Below are positions 59,301 to 64,000 of a DNA stretch of 64,000 nucleotides, piece by piece (within the stretch, counting starts at the first letter, position 1; every line of letters starts with the position of its first letter). Made by a program: the position numbers and the translations under genes. The notes beneath the pieces are model-generated. The model did no database searches. It was given only the letters and a program-made list of their open reading frames with translations, and had not been told where the DNA came from. This DNA comes from Candidatus Sumerlaeia bacterium (lineage in GTDB: Bacteria; Sumerlaeota; Sumerlaeia; MVZB01): assembly GCA_963580245.1 (NCBI GenBank), contig CAUZJO010000004.1:6380-70379 (forward strand), read 5' to 3'.

Positions 59301-60497
59301 TCAGCAAGTGGGTTTCTGGGATGAACGTGAGGAAACCAGAGTTTTGCCACGGCGACATAACTGGCGGGCCCAAGCATCCGCCTCGGCGATGGCCTCCAGA
59401 TCGGGATGCTCGACGGATTGATGCGCCTCCAGCACCCTCGTGATCATCGTCGCGATGTCCAAGAAGCCCATCCGTTCGGCCAGGAACCGCTCGACGGCGA
59501 CTTCGTTGGCCGCGTTGAGAACCGTCGGATAGGTCCCGCCGGCACCGATCGCCTCATACGCCAATCGCAGGCAGGGAAAAGCCTCGAGGTCGGGGCGCTC
59601 AAACGTCACGCCGCCCAGCCGGGCCAGGTCCAGCGGCTCGAACCTCGTGTTCTCGAGCCGATCGGGGTAGGCCAACACATTGGCGATCGGCAGATACATA
59701 TCGGTCACGCCCATCTGGGCCAGCATCGAGCCGTCGTGATATTCGATGATCCCGTGGATGACGCTCTGAGGGTGAACGATGACCTCGATGCGGCCCGGCT
59801 CGATCCCGAACAGGTGATGCCCCTCGATGACCTCCAGCCCCTTGTTCATCAGCGTGGCCGAATCGATCGTGATCTTGGGACCCATCTTCCAAGTGGGATG
59901 ATTGAGCGCCTGCGCGGGGGTGACGCGTTCAAGTTGGTCGCGCGTCATGCCGCGGAAGGGGCCGCCCGATGCCGTCAAGATGATCCGACGCAACGGCGTG
60001 GGGCCGGCCGCGCCGCGATCGCGTCCGTCCAGGCACTGGAACAGCGCGTTGTGTTCACTGTCGATCGGCAGGATGGCCACCCCACGGCGCCGGGCCGCCT
60101 CCATCACCAAGCGGCCGGCGGTGACCAGCGCCTCCTTGTTGGCCAAGGCCACCGTGATGCCCAACTCAATGGCCTTCAACGTCGGAGCCAGGCCCGAGTA
60201 GCCGACCGTCGCCACGATGACCAGATCGGGGCCGCAGGCTTCGATCAGCTCATCCATCCCCGCTCGGCCTCGGTGGACGCGCGCCCCATTGGTCGTCTGG
60301 ATCGGCCGCTCGCTCCCCAGACAGACCTCCCGGACACCAAACCGCCCAGCCTGCTCACTCAACCGTTCAGCCGAGGCATGGGCCGCCAGCCCGACGACTT
60401 CAAACCGGTCCGGATAATCCCCAATCACCCGCAACGCATTCTCACCGATCGAACCGGTCGAGCCGAGGATGCAGATGCGCTTGCGACCTTCAGCCAT
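59301..60497 (-). CDS. dxr: 1-deoxy-D-xylulose 5-phosphate reductoisomerase
   Basis: RICILGSTGSIGENALRVI...VALANKEALVTAG...LPIDSEHNALFQCL. Confidence 0.93.
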   Translation of the reverse strand: MAEGRKRICILGSTGSIGENALRVIGDYPDRFEVVGLAAHASAERLSEQAGRFGVREVCLGSERPIQTTNGARVHRGRAGMDELIEACGPDLVIVATVGYSGLAPTLKAIELGITVALANKEALVTAGRLVMEAARRRGVAILPIDSEHNALFQCLDGRDRGAAGPTPLRRIILTASGGPFRGMTRDQLERVTPAQALNHPTWKMGPKITIDSATLMNKGLEVIEGHHLFGIEPGRIEVIVHPQSVIHGIIEYHDGSMLAQMGVTDMYLPIANVLAYPDRLENTRFEPLDLARLGGVTFERPDLEAFPCLRLAYEAIGAGGTYPTVLNAANEVAVERFLAERMGFLDIATMITRVLEAHQSVEHPDLEAIAEADAWARQLCRRGKTLVSSRSSQKPTC

Positions 60498-60611
60498 GGG
60501 TATGAGGTCTCATGTGATGCATCGCGATTTCAGGAGGCCGATAGACGATTGACCGGCGCCTAATCCTGTCTTGACTGGAATGCACTGCGCTGGTCACGGT
60601 CGGAATATGGG

Positions 60612-60962
60612 TTAAGAAGGTCGTTCCAGGTACTCCAGCAGCGCCACGGCGTTGTTGTATTCATCGTGCCGGTCGGCGTAGAGGAGCGTGACGGGACCGC
60701 GGCGGGCCCGGCCGCGGATCGGTTCGAGGAGGATTGGATGGGCGTCCAGCTCCTTGAAATAGCACTCCTTGAATTCATCCCACCGCTCGCGGTCGTGGGC
60801 GAACCACAGGCGCAGGTCGGGGCTGGGCGCGGCATCCCTGAGCCACAGGTCGATCTTGGCCTGCTCCTTGTGCATGCCCCGCGGCCAGATGCCGTCTACC
60901 AGCACCCGCGTTCCGTCCGAGCGCTTGGGCGGCTCGAAGACTCGCTTGATCTTATACGGCAT
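60612..60962 (-). CDS. DUF488 family protein
   Basis: [54 protein letters not shown]. Confidence 0.6.
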   Translation of the reverse strand: MPYKIKRVFEPPKRSDGTRVLVDGIWPRGMHKEQAKIDLWLRDAAPSPDLRLWFAHDRERWDEFKECYFKELDAHPILLEPIRGRARRGPVTLLYADRHDEYNNAVALLEYLERPS

Positions 60963-61053
60963 GATCGCACCCCCCTGAACGATAGAATTGGGATCAGCGG
61001 GCCCGCGGCGACATCCATGAACATCAATTCTTAGTTGAAAAATGTGGTTTCCG

Positions 61054-62112
61054 TCAATGTTTTTCGCCGGGCCCCGCGCCGGCCCCCAGGCGCGGGTTGC
61101 CGGCTCGCTCACGAATGTCCCTGATCGTCGCTCGCGGTTTGGCGACCGAGCAGACCGGGCTCAGCATCGCATGGCGCCCGAATCCTATCGCCAGGAGGCT
61201 GGAGAGGTTTGACCGGTCAATCCCGCCAATGGCGACGGCCGGCGCCGGGCACGCCTCAAGCATCCGCCGCGCCTTCTCCAGGCCCAGGGTGAGTGAGGGG
61301 TCGGGCTTGGAGCGGGTGGCGAACACCGGGCCGATCGCGACGTAGTCGGGTGATTCCCGGAGGGCGGCGCGCAGTTGGCGCAGATTATGCGTCGATTTGC
61401 CGATCAGCATCCGGTCGCCGATCAGCCGCCGCGCCTCGGCCACGGGCAAGTCGTCCTGGCCCAGATGCAGGCCGTCGGCGTCGCTGAGGGCGGCGATGTC
61501 GGGGCGGTCGTTGACGACAAAGAGTGTCGAACTGCCGGCGGTGATCGCCCGCAGCCGGCGGGCCAGCGCCAGAAGCGCGCGATCGTCCAGATGCTTATCC
61601 CGCAGCTGGACGGCCGCAACCTTCTCCCTGACGGCGATCTCGGCCAGCTTTTCGTAGCCCGCCGCCGGTTCCGTCATGATGATATAAAGGCCGCGCAGCC
61701 CCTCGACGCGCTCCTTGCGGTCGAAAAGCGGCGCGATCTCCCTTTCAAGATCGTAGGTCTCGTAACGCATCGCTTTGGCCCGCCGGGCGGCGGCGGGGCG
61801 GACCAGTTTCGCGATCTCCTCGATCACGCGCAGCGATTCGCCCACGCGGCCAAACGACGCTCCGAGCATCCCGGCCACACTATCACGATGGTCCGGTTCT
61901 TTGATCTCGACGCGGCCCACGTCACCCACCGGGTCGCGGGAGGCGGTCAGCCCACGGGGCCATTCCCTCCTCAGACGACCGGCCTCGCGACGCAGGGCCT
62001 TGAGGCGGCCCGCCAACCGCGAATCGTCAAGCCCGAACCGGCAAACATCCTCGACAACCCGCAGCCCTTCGGCCAGGCGATTGAGGTTGGCGTCGATAAT
62101 GCGATTCTTCAT
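61054..62112 (-). CDS. thiE: Thiamine-phosphate synthase with N-terminal extra domain
   Basis: C-terminal ThiE TIM-barrel (LYIIMTEP...[20 protein letters not shown]...[25 protein letters not shown]...[11 protein letters not shown]...[16 protein letters not shown]...AIGGID). Confidence 0.7.
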   Translation of the reverse strand: MKNRIIDANLNRLAEGLRVVEDVCRFGLDDSRLAGRLKALRREAGRLRREWPRGLTASRDPVGDVGRVEIKEPDHRDSVAGMLGASFGRVGESLRVIEEIAKLVRPAAARRAKAMRYETYDLEREIAPLFDRKERVEGLRGLYIIMTEPAAGYEKLAEIAVREKVAAVQLRDKHLDDRALLALARRLRAITAGSSTLFVVNDRPDIAALSDADGLHLGQDDLPVAEARRLIGDRMLIGKSTHNLRQLRAALRESPDYVAIGPVFATRSKPDPSLTLGLEKARRMLEACPAPAVAIGGIDRSNLSSLLAIGFGRHAMLSPVCSVAKPRATIRDIRERAGNPRLGAGAGPGEKH

Positions 62113-62143
62113 TAATGACACGTTTAGCGATCCCCACCGCGCC

Positions 62144-64000
62144 TCAACCCCGCAACCGGCGCACGGCTGCGATGACATCGTCGAGCAGCCGCATGGCCTC
62201 GATGGGCGTCATCTGGTTGACGTCCAGATCGGCCAGACGCTCGAGCGCCGGCGGCAGGGCCGAGCCGAACAGGTCCAGTTGCATGATATCGACGTCATGG
62301 GTCCTGGGCGGCGCGCCCGGCCGGGGGGCCGGCACGCTGGCGGACGCTCCCTCCCCCGCATCGGGCGCGGACCGGTTGCATTCGAGACCGAACAGGATCT
62401 CGCGGGCGCGAACGAGCGTCTCTTCGGGCATCCCCGCCAGTTGGGCCGCGTAGATCCCATAGGAGCGGTCGGCCCCCCCGCGCACGATGTGATAGAGAAA
62501 CGTGATCTCCTCGCTCGACTCCCTGACGGCGACGTTGTAATTGTGCACCCGCTCCAGCCGGTTCTCGAGCTCGGTCAGCTCGTGATAATGCGTCGCGAAC
62601 AGCGAGCGGGCGCGGCGGCGGGGCTTGTTGTGCAGGTACTCGACGACCGCCCAGGCGATCGACAGCCCGTCGTAAGTCGACGTCCCCCGCCCGATCTCGT
62701 CCAGGATCACCAGGCTGCGTTCGCTGGCGTTGCGCAGGATGTTGGCCGTCTCGGTCATCTCGACCAGGAATGTCGACTGCCCGCGAGCCAGAAAATCGGT
62801 CGCCCCCACGCGCGTGAAGATGCGATCGACGAGCCCGATGCGCGCCGAGCGGGCCGGCACGAACGAGCCGATATGGGCCATCAGCGTGATCAGCGCCACT
62901 TGGCGGATGAACGTCGACTTGCCGGCCATGTTGGGGCCGGTGATGAGCCAGATCTGTTCCTCGCTCGAACTGAGACGGACGTCGTTCGAGACGAACGGCT
63001 GGTCGGTCAGGATGCTCTCAATCACGGGGTGTCGTCCGCCGACGATTTCGAGCAGGTCCGAGCCGTCAACCTCGGGCCGCACGTACCCGCCGCGCAACGC
63101 CGCCTCGCCCAGGCCGGCCAGGACGTCGGCCTCGGCCAGATCGGCGGCCAGCAACTGGATGGCGGCCGTCTCGCCGAGGATCTCCTGGCGCAACTCCTTG
63201 AAGAGCCGATACTCCACGTCGTGGATCTTGTCCTCCGCCCCGAGGATCTGCTCCTCCTTCTCCTTGAGCGACGGGGTAATGAAACGCTCGGCGTTGGTCA
63301 GCGTCTGGCGGCGGATGTAATCGTCCGGCGCCTTGTCCATGTTGGCCTTGCTGATCTCGATGTAGTAGCCAAAGACCTTGTTGTAGCCGATCTTGAGCGA
63401 GGGGATGCCGGTGCGTTCGATCTCCTGGGCGCGCATCGCGGCGATCCAGCCCTTGCCGTCGCGCGTGATGACCCGCAACTCGTCGAGCTCCGGGTTGACG
63501 CCGTCGCGCAGCATCCCGCCTTCGCGGACCGAGAACGGCGGATCGGACAGGAGGGCGCTGTCGATGCGGTTGGCCACGTGGGCCAGGGTCTGCATCCGTC
63601 GGCCGATCTCACCCAGCGTCCCCCGTCCCAGCCGCATCAGGGCCGTCTTGATCGCCGGAGCTTCGCGCAGCGAGGCGGCCAGCACGACCAGGTCGCGGGC
63701 GTTGGCCGTGCCGCAATGGAGCCGCGCCATGATGCGTTCGAGGTCGCGCACCCCGCGCAGGCCCTCGCCCAGTTGTTCGCGCATCGGGGTGCTGGCCAGC
63801 AGGCCCTCGATGGCGTCCTGTCGCGCGCGGATGGCGTCCAAGTCCTGGAGGGGCTGAAGCAGGTACTGGCGCATCAGCCGGCCGCCCATGGGGGTGCGCG
63901 TGTGATCCAGGACCTCGATCAACGTGGCGCGACGGCTGCCGTCGAGCATGTTGCGCACCAGCTCCAGCGAGTGCTGGGTCGTCGCGTCGAGCATCATCCG
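62144..64000 (-). CDS. mutS: DNA mismatch repair protein MutS, N-terminus beyond window
   Basis: Walker A GPNMAGKSTFIRQVALI, DEIGRGTSTYDGLSIAWAV, and the MutS C-terminal domain. The ORF continues past the right edge. Confidence 0.9.
   Translation of the reverse strand, partial: RMMLDATTQHSLELVRNMLDGSRRATLIEVLDHTRTPMGGRLMRQYLLQPLQDLDAIRARQDAIEGLLASTPMREQLGEGLRGVRDLERIMARLHCGTANARDLVVLAASLREAPAIKTALMRLGRGTLGEIGRRMQTLAHVANRIDSALLSDPPFSVREGGMLRDGVNPELDELRVITRDGKGWIAAMRAQEIERTGIPSLKIGYNKVFGYYIEISKANMDKAPDDYIRRQTLTNAERFITPSLKEKEEQILGAEDKIHDVEYRLFKELRQEILGETAAIQLLAADLAEADVLAGLGEAALRGGYVRPEVDGSDLLEIVGGRHPVIESILTDQPFVSNDVRLSSSEEQIWLITGPNMAGKSTFIRQVALITLMAHIGSFVPARSARIGLVDRIFTRVGATDFLARGQSTFLVEMTETANILRNASERSLVILDEIGRGTSTYDGLSIAWAVVEYLHNKPRRRARSLFATHYHELTELENRLERVHNYNVAVRESSEEITFLYHIVRGGADRSYGIYAAQLAGMPEETLVRAREILFGLECNRSAPDAGEGASASVPAPRPGAPPRTHDVDIMQLDLFGSALPPALERLADLDVNQMTPIEAMRLLDDVIAAVRRLRG

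Noticed and set aside
1-64000. rRNA, tRNA, tmRNA, CRISPR arrays, transposase/integrase genes
   Set aside because: No tRNA-like T-arm (GGTTCGAATCC-type) sequences, no regularly spaced direct repeats, and no transposase/integrase-like ORFs were seen in any frame.

Overview
High-GC (~65%) bacterial chromosomal window that looks like a PVC-group genome (Planctomycetes/Verrucomicrobia-like). The basis is a DUF1501/DUF1553-PSD1 gene pair, multiple sulfatases, GH127-like paralogs and many glycosyltransferases.

Core content:
- Housekeeping genes, all intact: uvrB, acnB, rpsA, dxr, mutS (partial at the window edge), rseP, ruvC, yebC, yggS, thiE.
- An LPS-core-like glycosyltransferase cluster (GT2, GT9 heptosyltransferase, GT4).
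- A hicAB toxin-antitoxin pair.
- A stand-alone full-length secretin.

Most notable: a type VI secretion membrane-complex/baseplate sub-cluster in the Pseudomonas H1-T6SS order (fha-tssJ-tssK-tssL-tssM-tagF). It is preceded by, and translationally coupled to, a large protein with degenerate protein-kinase catalytic motifs (a candidate pseudokinase partner of Fha). No sheath, tube or spike genes are in the window. The intergenic spacers inside this operon share a recurring ATTACGAAT(T/A)A / CTCGTAA-heptamer inverted-repeat hairpin motif.

Second theme: gene decay. Four genes are broken: a gspE-like ATPase, nupC, a sulfatase and a secreted beta-propeller. The lesions are frameshifts at G/C homopolymers, in-frame TAG codons and one internal deletion. 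Neighbouring essential genes are intact.

Also present: a ~155 bp palindromic MITE/REP-like element, a 42 bp tandem repeat upstream of the DUF1553/DUF1501 operon, and a striking AT-rich island. No rRNA, tRNA or CRISPR arrays were recognised.
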